DNA of 64,000 nucleotides from NCBI GenBank assembly GCA_013239625.1, contig MU054187.1, positions 6,769,757 through 6,833,756 on the forward strand. The letters are read 5' to 3'. Position 1 is the stretch's first letter. Each line of letters begins with the position of its first letter. Below the pieces are notes generated by a model. It was not told where the DNA came from. It did no database searches and saw nothing but the letters and a program-made list of their open reading frames with translations. The position numbers were made by a program, and so were the translations under genes. Shown here one piece after another: positions 12,991 to 28,860 of this stretch. The DNA comes from Lama guanicoe. Lineage: Eukaryota.

Positions 12991-15900
12991 ACTGACTCCT
13001 GCCTTTAGTGTCTGCCTACGCATGGTGCAGATTTGCTTCCGTGTGGTAAAATTTGAAACAGCAGCCTTCATTTGTGTCCTCACCTAATTAAGTTTATGAC
13101 AATTCACTATCATTCTCAAAAAAAAAATTCATCTTTAGTGTTATTACACTGGAGAATTAAGTAGGGATGTGAGAGAAATCACCACTCACGCATCTTTCAC
13201 GTTGTTAATGGTGTTCTTATCCCGATGGCTGTCCTGTGAGGATACCATTAGTAGGATCAAAAAATTCCAGAGACCTCCGCTTGGCCCTTTCTACCCCAGC
13301 AGCCATCGATTAAGGAATTAATGTGGGAATTCTGACCATTTTTAAAGACATTTATTCAAAATACAGAACACTTAATGGGGTTATTGCAGAGTATTTCTTG
13401 AAGAGTACCCAGTCTTGTCTTTATTGAAGAAACTCTTTGTCTATGAACTAATTAACATGTAGAGATTGAGCAAGGATTACAATTCTCTATTGTGGTAGCT
13501 GAAGAGAGGCTTCTGTTCCCCAGATCTGGACTTTTGCCATACAAATAAAGTAGGATATTTGGGCTCCTTGTGTGTGAGGTTCCAGGAAATCTGTGCTCAG
13601 TTGACCATCATCAGTATTGCCGTGGGCAGGTCACGTGATTACCATGTGGCTACCTGCCATTTCCTAGGCTACCATGTGCATTATGCTTCCTTCACTTAAA
13701 AGCTGCCACCTGACTTTTGACAGTGTGAGGTCCTAACGTTCTTCATAATTGTTTTGTGTCAGCTGCCGTGCAGCCATCCGAAACATTCCCCTAAGAAGAA
13801 CTTGACTGGGGGTGACTGTAGCTGGTAATTTAATTAGTTTTTGTAGCCACTTCGTGACCTTCTACATTCCACTGTGGGTTTACAGTGGGGAATTTCATCG
13901 CCTTTTGCTTTATCTTTAGACCGATGACTAGATCCAAATTTCCCCCTGTTTCTTTGAGAGTCTGCTGTCTACAACTTACTCTTTAGAAATAATTTCTGTA
14001 TCAGGGAGGGTTCAGGGATTCAGTCAACAGAAATGGTCTCTGAGCAAAAAGAGGAATTTATCCGAATACCACTGGAGGAGCTGACACAATGGATGGGGGG
14101 CTGGACCACGGGGAGAAGGTATGCTGGGATCAGGAGACCCAGAAAGGCTGGGCGGGAGGGGTCGCAGTTGTCCTGAGTCGGGGACGGAGATGTCAGAATC
14201 CAGTATGATTTATGGCTAATGAGTAGGTCTCCTCTTAGAAATGATTACTCGCAGCATCTACTTACTGCTTTGGATCCTGACAGACTTCTAAACACAGCAA
14301 ACAAGCTATGAAGTACGCTTATCCTGCAAAATATTTGAAGGGTTTTATTGAAAGTAGTTTCCATTATTTTTAAACAGAGCTTTTCTGTTTCAAATATTCA
14401 GTCTAGTCGACAGAGACACATGAGAGCAGAGATTAATAATTATCCTATCTTTAACCATGATCTTCTTTGAGTCACTGAGCAATACTCCCAGAGAAGGAAC
14501 TGAATGTAACTGGGACAGCAGATATGTAGACTTCTGCTAAACTGCCAATCTGAAAGGTCAGGTCTTATTGAAAGCATCTTAAAACACCTGAGGGACAATC
14601 TCCTGGTTCAGAATTAGAGAAATTAATTAGGACAAATGTTCTCATTAATTTGGAAGGAAAGTTGAGTTATTTGAAGATCTAAAACTAGACACACACCTCT
14701 GGGAAAACATCTATGAACTGGCTGAGTTCAAGAACCAGTGAAGAGGATGAATATTTGCATAAAGTGTGTTTTAAGAATGCAGACACGGAGAATTGAATTG
14801 AGGATGGAATGAAGTTTGAAGGGGCAAAGAGACCAAAAGGAATGGATGCTGCATGTCATATGAGAAAAAAACAACAAAGAACCCCAAACAGACAAGCAAA
14901 GCCAATGGAATGCATGTTCCTTGTTTGTTTTTGAAACCATGGAGAAAAGTACAAGCCCCTGGTTGATAATTTCGCGTGGAGTGACATTCCATGCACATCA
15001 TCAGAGGGCGTCCAACTACAAGAAGAGATTATTGACAAGCAGAAAAAATGACAAAGAAAACATAATTGGTTGAATTGTAAGAAGCTCTACCTCCAAGAGG
15101 AAGGCCACATAAATTGTGGCTGGGGTGGACAATTACTGAGCAATTACTTCCGTTCGCCGTAAGGAAAGCAGGAAGTTGTGAACTAGGATGGGGCTCAGAT
15201 AGAACCCTGTGCCCGCCTCTGTTTTTCACTTTGCTTGAGTCTTAGCCTCAGGGAGGAGACAGCACTTGTTTCTTGGAAAGGGGCATGGTCCTGGTGGATG
15301 TCATTGTCCCTGTGACGCTGGTCATGCTGCTCTGGTGGTGTTTAGGCAGTAGAGGGGGTGTTTAAAAACCCAGAGATTATCTTCCTGCTCTTGTGGAACA
15401 GATTAGAAACCAGTGGAGTGAGGGGGAAAGAAGTGGAGCCCTGCAGACCACTTCCATCTGTGCTCACAGTCCTGAAAGCAGACATTCTATCAGATGCAAA
15501 AGCTGAATTTGAAAATATCTAAGGTTCCTTTTAGGTTTATATTTCTGTGCTTAGTATATAGTTTAGGGGAGGTAAAATGTTATTCTGGAACACTTTTTTT
15601 TTAAATTCTTGTTTTGAATGAAACAAAACACCATTTCTTAAAAGAGACTGTCAAGGTTTTCCTTTGGCGTTTTTTGATTCTGCACTTACTTTTGGCAGAC
15701 AGTAGGGGTCAGACAAAGAACAGCTGTACTTTTCCAGTCACGCTCAAACTTCAGCTGCCATTGCCTTGCCTTGTGTAAAGATCCTAAAATCAGCCTTATT
15801 ATATGTACGATGGACATTTAAATATACATTTCTTAAAATGAAGCCTTTTGAACTCCCATTTTTAATTGCTTTAACATGCGTTCACTACTTGCTCACAATG

Positions 15901-16340
15901 AAAAATCCTTCCCAAAAGGGTAAGAATTAAAGTGGTAAAAACTAAAATGTCTCAGAACATGTTAGTCTGTGAAGCTGTGTTTCAGGCTTTGCTTTCTAGG
16001 CAACCTAGACCATGAAGATTACTCCTGCTTGAAAACACACTGGAAAAAACAAGGGGAAAATGTTAAGATCACTCTTCCTTATGTTAGCATTGTGATCCCA
16101 CTCTTACCGTTTTAACACGGTTAAACATACTGCAAAGGAGACAAAGCTCCTAATTCAAACTCATGTTAACTAATTTCACCATAAAGCTTTGGGGTTTGTA
16201 CAGATAGGCTAACAGAAGCTTTTTAAGTTTCCATGAGCTTTGGGGATATACTTTGTGCATGGGACCGGGATACCTCGAGCCTCAGCAGCAAGAGAGAAAC
16301 ACAACCTTCCAGGAGATTTTTGAAAAAGAAAGAAACAAAG

Positions 16341-16455
16341 AAAAGCAAACATGCTCAATGTTCGTAGTGGCACTATTTACAACAGCCAAGATATGGAAGC
16401 AACCTAAATGTCCATCAACAGATGACTGGATAAAGATGTGATAGAAACACACACA

Positions 16456-16503
<48 letters not shown>

Positions 16504-16983
16504 AATATTACTCAGTCATGAAAAAGAATGAAATAATGCTATTTGCAGCAACATGGATGGACTTAAAGATAATAATACTAACTGAAGTAAGCCAGAAAGA
16601 GAAACACAAATATCATATGATATCACCTATATGGGGAATCTAAAAAAAATGATACAAATGAAATTATTTACCAAACAGATATAGACTCACGGACATAGAA
16701 AATACTCTTATGGTTATCAAAGGGGACAGAGGGTAGAGAGGGATAAATTAGGAGATTGGGATTAGGAGACACAAACTATATATAAGACAGATAAACAACA
16801 AGGTCTTAATATGTAGCACAAAAAACTTCATTCATTATCTTGTAATAACCTATAATGAAAAAGAATATGCAGAAGAACATATATGTGTGTGTGTAACCGA
16901 ATCACTATGCTGTCCACCAGAAACTAGCACAACGTTGTAAATCAACTAAAATTCAAAAAGGAAAAAACCCAAAAGCAAATGTG
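16341..16983 (+). mobile_element. 5'-truncated L1 3'UTR (laurasiatherian/artiodactyl type) with TSD
   Basis: atggaagcaacctaaatgtccatcaacagatgactggataaag...ccagaaactagcacaacgttgtaaatcaacta followed by an A-rich tail; flanked by aaaagcaaacatg (16341-16353) and aaaagcaaatgtg (16971-16983). Confidence 0.9.
16447..16501. repeat. (CA)n microsatellite inside L1
   Basis: About 27 AC units with one interruption. Confidence 0.97.
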
Positions 16984-18774
16984 TTAGATGATATTTAAGT
17001 GTTAGGATAAACTCCCTTGCATCTAGAATTTTTTTCTTTCTTTTAATAGAGCTAACAAGATATGTAATTATAAGTAGAGGGTGTAGGCAGTATATCTTAT
17101 ATTTAACTAATAAAATATGTTAATAGAAAAAGCACAAACGTAATGCATTTTGCTAATGGCTTTTTTGTTCCCCGAACCGGTAGTTTATTTAGGGTTTATG
17201 GATGTAACATAAACCTGGGGAAAAAATGACAGTCCTTTATTGTGCTTGTTCAGCACAAGTAAACCTTCGAAACCACGTGTGCAGCTAAAGTAACCAGCAG
17301 GACCTATGCCATGCTCTTGCGTAGTTCTTGCTCACCAGTCATTTAAACCATGTGCTTTTAACCTGAATCACTGTCGTGACAGATTAGGAGGAGGATGTGC
17401 ACCACACTCACCCCAGGGAGGAGAAGGAGGACATACCTCACAGTGAGGCGCCAGGAGCTCAGTATTTCTCCGCCCACTGTCCACCTGTCATTGAGTGCAG
17501 TGTCCAGAATCGCTAGCCCTCTTCGCATGCAGGCTCAGGGAGTTCTCACAGCCAGCAGCAAGCCGGCAGCAGATGCTCAGATTCCTCAGTCTCCTATCCC
17601 ATCCCTCTGGTGTGCTGGGTCCTTCTGTGTCTGAGGTCTTTCTCAGAAGCCCCTGAGGGCTGGGCTGCTTGAATAGACACAGGAGTCTGGAAGTGCCAGG
17701 CATCACCAAATCCTCTTTCTCTCTCTGTAACCAGTAACCCTCAGGAGCTGCAGGTAAATGCCCCAGCTCCCTCTCTCCTTTGGTTGGGTAATTCCAAAAT
17801 GTTTCTAAATATTAAATGTTAAAATGTTCTAAAGGTGTTTGTTTATATCCGTGCTAACCAAAATACGTACTGCTGTCAGGTGCAAAACTTTGTAATACTG
17901 ATCGGATCACACAGGCCAGACCTTTTTTTTTTTTCCCCTGCTAGCTCATAAAGAAAGGTAATGACTTAGAGAAGCCCAATTCTCAAAGTCCTACATAAAA
18001 ATTTAAAAATTACATTTGAAAATGTGGCTAAGTAGAGGATATTTTAAAGTTCTAATTTAAAAATGTCTCTTAATGTCTATAGAACATTCTTCCTACTTGC
18101 GTATAGAACTCGAAAATGCCGTAAATTTGAGCACTCTTGTGATAACAATAATTTTATATTGGGACAACGAGAAATGTAGCGCATAATACATTGTACAGAT
18201 TACTTGCCCTTTACGTTAACTTGTTCTAAATATCAGCTATAGAGATTGGGCTGTTGGTATTTAATGCCCCTTTCAGCTCCCACGTTTTATTTATTTGGTG
18301 TTCAGTTGGGCCCATCAAGATGCAGTTTGAGCATCACGCTGGCCCAGAAGCCACCGAGCAGCTTCTCCTCCAGGCTCTCTGCTGAATGTAGGTGTGGATA
18401 AATTCTGTGCAATCTGCTTCTTAAGAGTCCAAAGCCAACTTTATGTCAAGATGAAATGCTCTTTCCAGTTTCCTTTTATATTCTACCTGCAGGAGATAAT
18501 TTCTTCTTATTAATCACATCAAATTAAAAATGAAGCAACATTTGGTTTCTAACTATTAGTTGTGCTGACATTCATCTCTAAGGAACTGAGGATGTGGTGT
18601 TTTTATTCTGGTGATTTCTCCTTCACCTCCTCAAACACAGGATCTTAAATGTTGGTTGAATGGAAGAATGTTCAGGATGACAACTGGACATTTCATTTTG
18701 TCACATATGACAGAAAAGAATGTTTTGTCTAGAAAATCATTATTACCCCCAATACAATACGGTAATTGATGAGA

Positions 18775-18990
18775 AGATAATACTAGTGCTTATATAAACC
18801 TGCCTACGTGCCAGATGCTCTCTTAAATGCTTTGTGTAATTTACTCATTTAATCCTTAAAAGAAACCTATGCAGTAGATACTATTATTATACCCACTTCA
18901 CAGATGAGGAAACTGAGGTGAGGAAAAGCTGAGTGATTTACTCACAGTGATGAAATTAGTATGTCATAGAGCCAGGATTTTCCCTTAGAT
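18775..18990 (-). mobile_element. MIR SINE
   Basis: ttactcatttaatcctt...ctattattatacccacttcacagatgaggaaactgagg. Confidence 0.8.
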
Positions 18991-19683
18991 GGACTCTAAA
19001 ATATGAATTCCATTTCCTAAAAGATGATTAGCTAATATGTATAGCTACTTAGTAATTATAACAATAGTAAGTAGAAATGTTGCTTGGAATTGCATGCTAG
19101 CATTTTCCATTCTTTGGATGTTTATCATCAGATATGTTTCCTACACATGCAGTAGCAGGAGTTTCTTCCCAAATGCATGTTATTGGAATTATTAATAGTT
19201 ACATAAAAAATTGGCCAGATTCTTCTAACATCCACCAAAACTCTTTCTGTATTATTCTTTTTTAAATTTTAATGTAGGTCCAGGCCCCAGTTTCCCATCT
19301 TTTACCAGTATTATTAAGCAGAATTTTGACTCATTTATTAAACATAGGTTAAGCAAATACTTGTATATGAGGATGATACAATAATAAAAACTTTTAATTA
19401 TTTTCCAAATTTCTCATGTCTGAATGAATAGGAAAGCAAACAAAATCGTATATTATTTGAGTCAACTAATTATATAATCTTTGAACAAATAGTTGGATTA
19501 TCTTGCAGTTACACTAATAATTATTGTTGACATGTCAGAAGTGATGGGGCTATAAAATATTTAGCCCAATTACTTACATGATTTTGATAAATAAGATGGA
19601 TCAACAGCACGCTAATTTGATCAACTGTCTGGTGACTGGTCATTATGCCCAAGTGGAAAGACTTTACAAGACACTACTAAAAG

Positions 19684-21358
<1,675 letters not shown>

Positions 21359-21504
21359 CCAAAAATTTTTTAAAAGATGATGTGACATATGATGTAACTT
21401 TTATTCAATTTACAAATATTTGTAATGTATCCACCACATAAAATCATTGAACTGAGAGTGAGCAAACATGGATTCTACCTTCATAGGTTTCCAGTCTGTT
21501 TCAG

Positions 21505-21705
21505 AGACTGGCTGTCCAACTGCTGACTTTTATGAATAAAGTTTTATTGGAACATGGGGATACTTATTTGTCTGTGTATTGTTTATGGCTTCTTTCATGC
21601 TACCAGGACAGAGTTGAGTAATTGTGATAGAGACTATAAGACCTGAAAGTCTAAAATATTTAAAGATATAGCTCACCCTTTGGTAAAAGTTTACTGACAC
21701 CTGGT
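21505..21705. mobile_element. MER58A-like hAT-Charlie MITE
   Basis: aataaagttttattggaaca...tatggcttctttcatgctacca..cagagttgagtaattgtgatagagac...aaaagtttactgacacctg. Confidence 0.75.
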
Positions 21706-22225
21706 CTATTATAAGGTTGTGAGTGTAATAGCAGTATCACAGGTAAATCATAAAGGGGTTGAGAAGAAAATAAGAGACATTTCAGGCATTTAGAAAAATG
21801 CCAATTCAAGATTAGACACTTAAATAAAATTTGTTGAGTGTACTGAATCCATCATTCAATTTGAACCTTGAGATATTTGAATCTGAGAGAGGAAATTTAT
21901 CCTGACAATCCAGTCCCGGGGAACAATGCAAACACAATTTCAAAATGTCTTCCTCTGTGGATCCACCACCCCCACTAATCTCAGCCACTTCTTACACTCC
22001 ACCCAGCAAGACCGCTTGCTCTTCTCAACAATTCTCCTCTGTCCCTTGGCTCACACTCAGTGATTTGTTGACTCTCTTCTCATTCTTTCATAATCATCTA
22101 CCTATAGAATCCTATTCATCCTTCAAGATTCACAAAAAAATGTTATTTTATTCCCATAAAGCCTCATCTCCTTGTCCTCATTTTTGGAAGAAATTTCTCT
22201 TACATTTGGCTTCTCTAAACTTTAT

Positions 22226-22362
22226 TTGTTTGTTTGCTTGTTTGAAGGGGAGAAGTAATTAGGTTTATTTATTTAGTTCGCTATTTCAGTGGAGGTACTG
22301 GGGACCGAAAAGGACCTTGTGCATGCTAAGCATGAACTCCACCACTGAGCTATACCCTCCCC
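22226..22362 (-). mobile_element. Camelid Vic-1-type tRNA-derived SINE with 17-bp TSD
   Basis: Minus strand reads GGGGAGGGTATAGCTCAGTGGTGGAG..CATGCTTAGCATGCACAAGGTCC..CCCCAGTACCTCCA..AAATAAATAAACCTAATTAC; TSD gcttctctaaactttat (22209-22225) / gcttctttaaactttat (22364-22380). Confidence 0.88.
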
Positions 22363-22529
22363 TGCTTCTTTAAACTTTATCCACAACTTTCTCATGTGAT
22401 TTTTCACACCCATAAATTGTTTTTTCTATGTACAGTAAACTTATAGAGTATAAGCTTTTAATGGACAAAATTTATGGTTTACTTTTTTTAGTTCCTCACG
22501 ATGGTTACTAACAGTCAGTCAGTAAAGGT

Positions 22530-22760
22530 GTAATATGTGGTCGCTGCTGCCTGGCCCCTCCCTGTTATAACTCTCCACAGAACATTTGCCGTTAGCTCGT
22601 ATTTTCTCTGATTGTCTTGTTGAAGGGCTGTGTCCCACCACCAGAACATCGATATCATTTGAGTAGGAATCTTGTCTGTCTTTTTCATTGCTGTGTCCCA
22701 CTGCCTAGCATATCCTAACTGCTCAAACAAAATGTGTCAAATGAATTCAGATTGAATGAA
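22530..22760 (+). mobile_element. L2 3' end relic
   Basis: cttgtctgtctttttcattgctgtgtcccactgcctagcata...tgctcaaacaaaatgtgtcaaatgaat. Confidence 0.65.
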
Positions 22761-23811
22761 ACTGCAGTTTCAGGAACTAATAATTACTGCCTTCATGCAC
22801 AAAAACAACCTTATTTGATGTTTAACCATAACTTTGATAAATAAGTTTCCCAAATTATCTGTGAGCCGGCATTCTTATATTTAGAAGTTCCTAAGCAAGT
22901 ATATGGAAAAGAGTATGTAAAGTCAAAGCCATTAATTCTTCAAATATAAATATCAATATATCTGTAGGAAGATATAGCTTTCTTCAAGACTAATTATTAT
23001 AAAACATGGGCATTTTTAAAGGTTTTGTACGGATGCTGAATTTCAGGAGACGAGAACTTGATGATTATCTACTAATGCCTCCTACTGCCTGATAAATTCT
23101 AACAGGGTAATTATTAATGTTTGCTTCGTTATTTCAAAAGATAATACATGATGGACAAGAAATTTCTAGGCAATTATTCTTCCCTGGTCTGGTTAGAAGG
23201 TACTAGGCAGATAAAGGAGCCATTTAATCATGCGAAAAAAGCATCATTTACTGAAAAAGGGACTGCTAGACTTTTTACCACGACTCTCAAAATATAAAAA
23301 GGCACTTTAAATGGAGAAATGCAGACAATTGACATGGCACACAATTGCCATGGCTTTAGAGATGACAAAGTGAAGAGACTTCTGGGTATTTGTTATAAAA
23401 GCTCAGGAAATACGGAAGTTTCTACTCCAAATTTTCCCTTTATTGCTTGCTCATTTTCTTTGACTTGCTAAATTCACTTTTAAATCACAGCCATATGTTC
23501 TCAGTTTAAACTACAACCATATTTCTAACCTCACACGTTTCCAAGCTAGAAAGATGACTCCACATCACTTTCAAAGAGTTTTTACGTTCATGTTTGATAA
23601 AGAGTTCACTCAGAATCTGTGCTGAGCAGAAATGGCTTAAAGGGCAAGGCGCATTTCACAGTTACTTTCCACTGGCAGGTGGAAGTGACGGTGCTTCACA
23701 CTCTCATGCCAGGCAGGCCTGGGCTGCAACCCCGGCTCAGATAGTACTAACCGTGTGCACTTGAACAATTCAGTCCAACTCTCGTCCATAACTGGGGGTA
23801 AAAATAGCACC

Positions 23812-24475
23812 ATTTTTTTTAAATTGACCTACATTTGATTTACAATGTTGTGTTGTTTCTGGTGTACAGCAAAGTGATTCAGTTATACATATATATATTC
23901 TTTTTCATATTTTTCCATTATGGTTTGCTAGAGGATATTGCATATAGCTTCCAAACTCCTAATTGATTCCTCCCCTACCTTCTTTCCCCTTTGGTAACTT
24001 GTTTTCTATGTCTGTGAGTCTGTTTCTGTTTCACAAATAAGCTCATTTGTATCATTTTTTTTAGATTCCACATATAAGTGATATCATATAATATTTGTCA
24101 TTCTCTTCCTGACTTACTTCACTTAGTATGATAATCTCTAGGTCCATGTGTATTGCTATAAATGGCATTCTTCCATTCCTTTTTAATGGATGAGTAGTAT
24201 TCCGTTGCATGTATGTATATATTTTATATAATATCTATCTATCTATCTACCTACCTACCTATATCTTCTTTATCCATTTATCTGCTGATGGGCATTTAGG
24301 TTGCTTCCATATCTTGTATATTGTAAATAGTGCTGCTATGAACATAGGGGTGCATGTATCATTTTGAATTAGAGTTTTCTCTGGATATATGCCCAGAAGT
24401 GGGATTGCTGGATCATATGGTAGCTCTATTTTTAGTTTTTAAGGAACCTGTGTACTGTTTTCCACAGTGGCAACA
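23812..24475 (-). mobile_element. 5'-truncated L1 3' end inserted into a MIR
   Basis: tttacaatgttgtgttgtttctggtgtacagcaaagtgattcagttatacat...ttagattccacatataagtgatatcata...gggattgctggatcatatggtagctc; internal (TATC)n/(TACC)n at about 24230-24263; possible TSD aatagcacca/aacagcacca. Confidence 0.9.
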
Positions 24476-24539
24476 GCACCAATTTTAAAGATCTGTGAAG
24501 GGGCTGAAATTAGGTAATGATGGAGGCACCAACAGCTCA

Positions 24540-24990
24540 TGCCATGTATTTTCAATGTATTATCTCACTTCATCTTTATAGCAGCCCTAGAAGATCAGTA
24601 CTGTTATTATTCCCACTCCCAGAAGCAGAAACTGAGGCACAGATGATTGGCTGAGAAATAGTAGGATCTAAATATGTTTATTATTTATGCTGGTATCCGT
24701 GAAAGACGTTTATGTATGACTTGACTAGGAATATACTAAAACGGAGTCATCCAGCATTGCACTGACCCTGGAACTAGGTCGAACACTTTACATGATTTTC
24801 TGTATTAATTCTACATTAATGCTCACATCATCCCTCAGCAATACTACAGTAGCCCCCATCATGCAAAGGAGGAAATTAAGGTTTAAAGAGGTTAAGCTCT
24901 ATGTCTGAGGTCTGAGAGCTAGGAAGCTAGAAAGGCCAACATGCGAACCCAGCAGCCTGAGTTCAGAGGCTGCAGAAGTAAAAACCATAC
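24540..24990 (-). mobile_element. Cluster of MIR fragments
   Basis: gcagaaactgaggcacaga (about 24630) and gaggaaattaaggtttaaagaggttaag (about 24870). Confidence 0.6.
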
Positions 24991-27900
24991 TGCCCCCCAC
25001 TAAGGCCAGCTTGGTGCCGAATGTCCAGGTTGTCAGGTAAGTAAAAGGAAACGGATTGGACCAAGAGGTAGGTTGTGAAGTAAGAAGGAAAAAAGCTTCC
25101 AGGGTGACTTCCGTTCCATTTAGCATATACATGTTAATCTTCTAATAATACTACGTCAAGCACTTGGGGCACAGAAAGTATTGGGATATTAAATTGACTC
25201 TAAGGTGCCACCATTTGTCATGAGGATTGTTATTTTATTTTCAGTTAGGGAAAAGAGTGCCAAGAGCAGTAGAAGACCCCGCATTGAGTTGAGACAAGGG
25301 TTATTGTAAACTTGGTATAAAAGTGAATGAGAAATAAGCCTGACTAGCAGAAGAGGGCGAGGGAAATTGCCTCCGTCTCTGCCCTGGGCAAGGGAGGAGA
25401 ACAAGTCTCCCTTGAACGTGTGAAGCTGGGGCTCACTCATCTTTGTAATCTGAATATGCACTACTGATTCTACTCTAAAGTGGTTTCAGATGTGGTAGTT
25501 TCTGACAGAAGCGAACTCAGGTCCTCTGTACAAGAACACACTGCAGTCCAAAGCTACAGCGTTGCTTGTAAAATGCATTCTGATTTCAGAGTCGTTGAAA
25601 TGTGGGGGGAACACTCAGAATGGATGAAAGAGGATGTGAGATACACTTCCTGTCTTAAAAGAGCTTAGACACATCTGATCTCATTACAATGAACAAGATG
25701 AAACACAAACAACAGCACAAGTTATCACATCAAAGTGCAAAATGAGGGTTACAGATGTGTAGGAAGATGAGAATTCCAAACTGAAAAATCCCTGGTAAGA
25801 ATAGTGAGGTGGGATGTCTTCATGGGAAGGTGGGACTCAGTCTGGATCTTGATACCTGGGTTGGATTTGGATGGCGAGGGAAGACATGAAATTAGGTGTG
25901 GAGTCAGACTGAATGACAGTATTTTTGGATTGGAGGAAATGAGTCCAGCTGGAGTGGAGAACTTGTATTGGGCAGATAAGTTTAGAAAAGTCCTACTGAG
26001 AAGATAGCATAGAAGGCTTTTAAGAGGAAGCCTAAGTAAAGAATTAGGAGTGGAAATCCATTCATTTATTCAGTTAGCCACCCAAACTATCAAGTAGCCA
26101 ATCAACGAGCATTAAATAGGTTGCTACATGCCAGATACTGTTCTGGGACTAAATACAAAATGATAAATAGTGTAATATCTTGTCCTGTAAGTTACAGTTA
26201 TTTAGTGGAAGAGCGAAGTCAACAACTGGGATTATACTGCAGTAAATCCTAACGTGATGACTGCAATTTACTGAGCAACGATTACTTCCCAGATCCTAGG
26301 TAGGTAATTTATATGTTATATATTATACTTTAAAAGCAAAAACATATATATTTTAAAGCAGTTTGTTATGGCAACAGCAACAAAAAAAGGAACACATTCT
26401 GTCTGATGAATTCTGCTTCCTTAGTCCTTCAGGAGTGTGGATTATGAAAGCATTTCCCAATCAACTTCCTTCAGCAAATCTCTGCCTCAAAGTCTTGTTT
26501 TCATGGGATGTGACCTATGACATTAACAAATATTTGAACTCTTTCCTATCTTTTCTACTTGAAATATAGATCTCCTGTTCACTTAATCACTGGTGGCATT
26601 GTTGATAAAAATCAGCTCAAAGGCATGAGATCATGTAATTTTATTTGCAAATTTATAGCTTGGATAGACCAGGTCAGCCGTTGAGGGACCACAGTCAAGA
26701 ATGTGATGGAACAGGAGAAGGCTGGTATTCACTGAGTCAGGGAAATCAAAACCCAGTGCAGCTGTCAGGGTAGCTCAGGCATTCAGCTAGAGGACACGCT
26801 GGGGAGAATCTCTACAGCAGGTTTGAAGAACCCAGTCCAGAAGACTAGTAGGCAGAGGATTAAGAACCAAAGGGCCCAGGCAGTAAATGTCCTGTGTGAA
26901 GATACTGAGGCTGGCATGAAAGAGGCAATCAGTAAATGTGAGGTCTTTATTTCTGTCCCCACTTGGCTATCTTAGCTACTCCCCTGTTACAAAGGAATCC
27001 TCCTCAGAGTATAATTTCCACTGATCAGCTGGAAAAAGTACTTTGTGTGTGTGGGTACTTTAACGCAAATAAAGCTATTATTGAAGGCAAAAGGAGGAAA
27101 AAAGTCAAGCAAATTGTCTGCTCTGTAATTTAAAAACAAACCCAAAATAACAAGGCCCAGATGTACGTCTGAATGTAACTACAGGGCAAACAAGATGTGC
27201 TTGGCGTTGCCACCTGTCACGGCAACACGTGGTGTTGAATGGAAGAGGGGATAAAAGCTACCATTAGTGTCACTGACTCTGCGCTGGAGACCAGTGAGAC
27301 ACAGAAAATGCATTAGCCACAAAATGTGCTCATTTGAGCACTTTTCTTAAGATGTCGGGAGGCTTTTCCACATTAGTCAGCATTGGGGCTCACAGCCTTC
27401 TGCGGAATCTCAGACAGAATGACCCGGCACCGAATGGCCTTCGCTGAAGACCTAATTGCCTTCACCCGGGTTGTGAATTCATCTCAACACCTGCATCATC
27501 CCAGCCTCTGGGAGAAGGAGAGTGGCTCTGACATTTGCTGAAAAAGGCCCAGAGGAAGGGATGTACACGGGGCTTTCCTTCTCTGTGCTTCCTGGTCACA
27601 GCATTCCTCACTCTGTGATGGGTCGTCCTTGGGTTGTCTGTGGCTGTTACCTGATAGACTTTACAAGAAGGTTTGAGTTCGACGACTTTATTTTTTGAAT
27701 TTAATTCCCTGCACCATCTTTCATAGCAAATGTCTACTGAGTGAAAGACAACCACCCAAGAGGAGCAGCAGTTGATATGGAAATATTGACTGATAATTAA
27801 AAAGAATGCAGAATTCTGAATATTCATAATGCAAAGAATTTCAATTAGTAGCTGTGACTATTTGGCTATTGTTACAGATAGCCAAAAAAAAAAAGTAATT

Positions 27901-28169
27901 TCACATTTTATTGTGCTTTTCAATTTACAGAGCTCTCTCCTTTACATGGTAATGACCACAACTATCCAGCAAGTGTTTCTAATTTTATTTCGTTGATTAA
28001 ATAATTTAAGACACTAAAGAATGACGTGAAGGAAAATTAGCCCAAGACAACAGGTAACACCATTACATAAACTAACAGTCACAGTAAAAGTTACAGCAAA
28101 ATGGTACATCCTTATGTTTTACTGAACAAATGTTGTCCCGTTTACCTGCATGACTTCCTTCCTTCTGTT

Positions 28170-28860
28170 TATGTTAGGTACAATTTGCTTCTTTTTCCCT
28201 CTAGCTTTTTAAAGTGAATTATTGACTTGAGATATTTCTTCTACTCCCATATAGGCATTTAACACTATCAATTCCTTCAAGCACTGCTCTACCTACTTTT
28301 CACAAATTGTAGTATGTTGTGTTTTCATTTTCATTGATTAAAAAAATTTCCTTATTTGTCTTCTGATTTCTTCTTTGACTTATGAACTATTTAGAAGGAT
28401 ACTGTATAATTTCCAAATATTTGGGATTTTTCAAATACCCTTCTGTGACTAATTTCTAGTTTCTTTTTGTTTTGTATGCTTTCTAGCTTCTTAAACTTAC
28501 TGAGTCTCTCAGTGAATAGTCTATATGAATGTGAAAAGAAAGATTTTGAGTGCAGTGTTCTATAAAGTCAATTAGACTGGGTGACATTTTTTAATCTTAT
28601 TGTTCTGGTCTTCTTTTCCCTCACTGATTTCTTCTTGATTTCTTCTATCAGTTATGGAGACAGTGGTGTTGGAATCTCCAAGTAAAATTGTGGATTTGTC
28701 TCTTTCCTTGATTTCTGACAGTTTTTATTTTACATATTTTGAAGGTCTGCTGTTGGTGGCATACATATTTATGTGCTCTTGAGAAATTTTTCCTTTAGTT
28801 ATTTTGAAATATCCTATTTTTTACCTAGTAATATTCCTTGTTCTGAAATGAGCTTTGAAA
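28170..28860 (-). mobile_element. Old L1 (L1ME-like) ORF2 relic
   Basis: aatttccaaatatttgggattttt...gtgttggaatctccaagtaaaattgtggatttgtc...tatttt gaaggtctgctgttggtggcatacattt. Confidence 0.7.

Noticed and set aside
22290..22362. tRNA-Ala gene
   Set aside because: The B-box/T-loop is disrupted, and a SINE tail and TSD are present
27861..27886. Hairpin tttggctat-N8-atagccaaa
   Set aside because: A 9-bp stem is within chance expectation in AT-rich DNA and too short for a pre-miRNA
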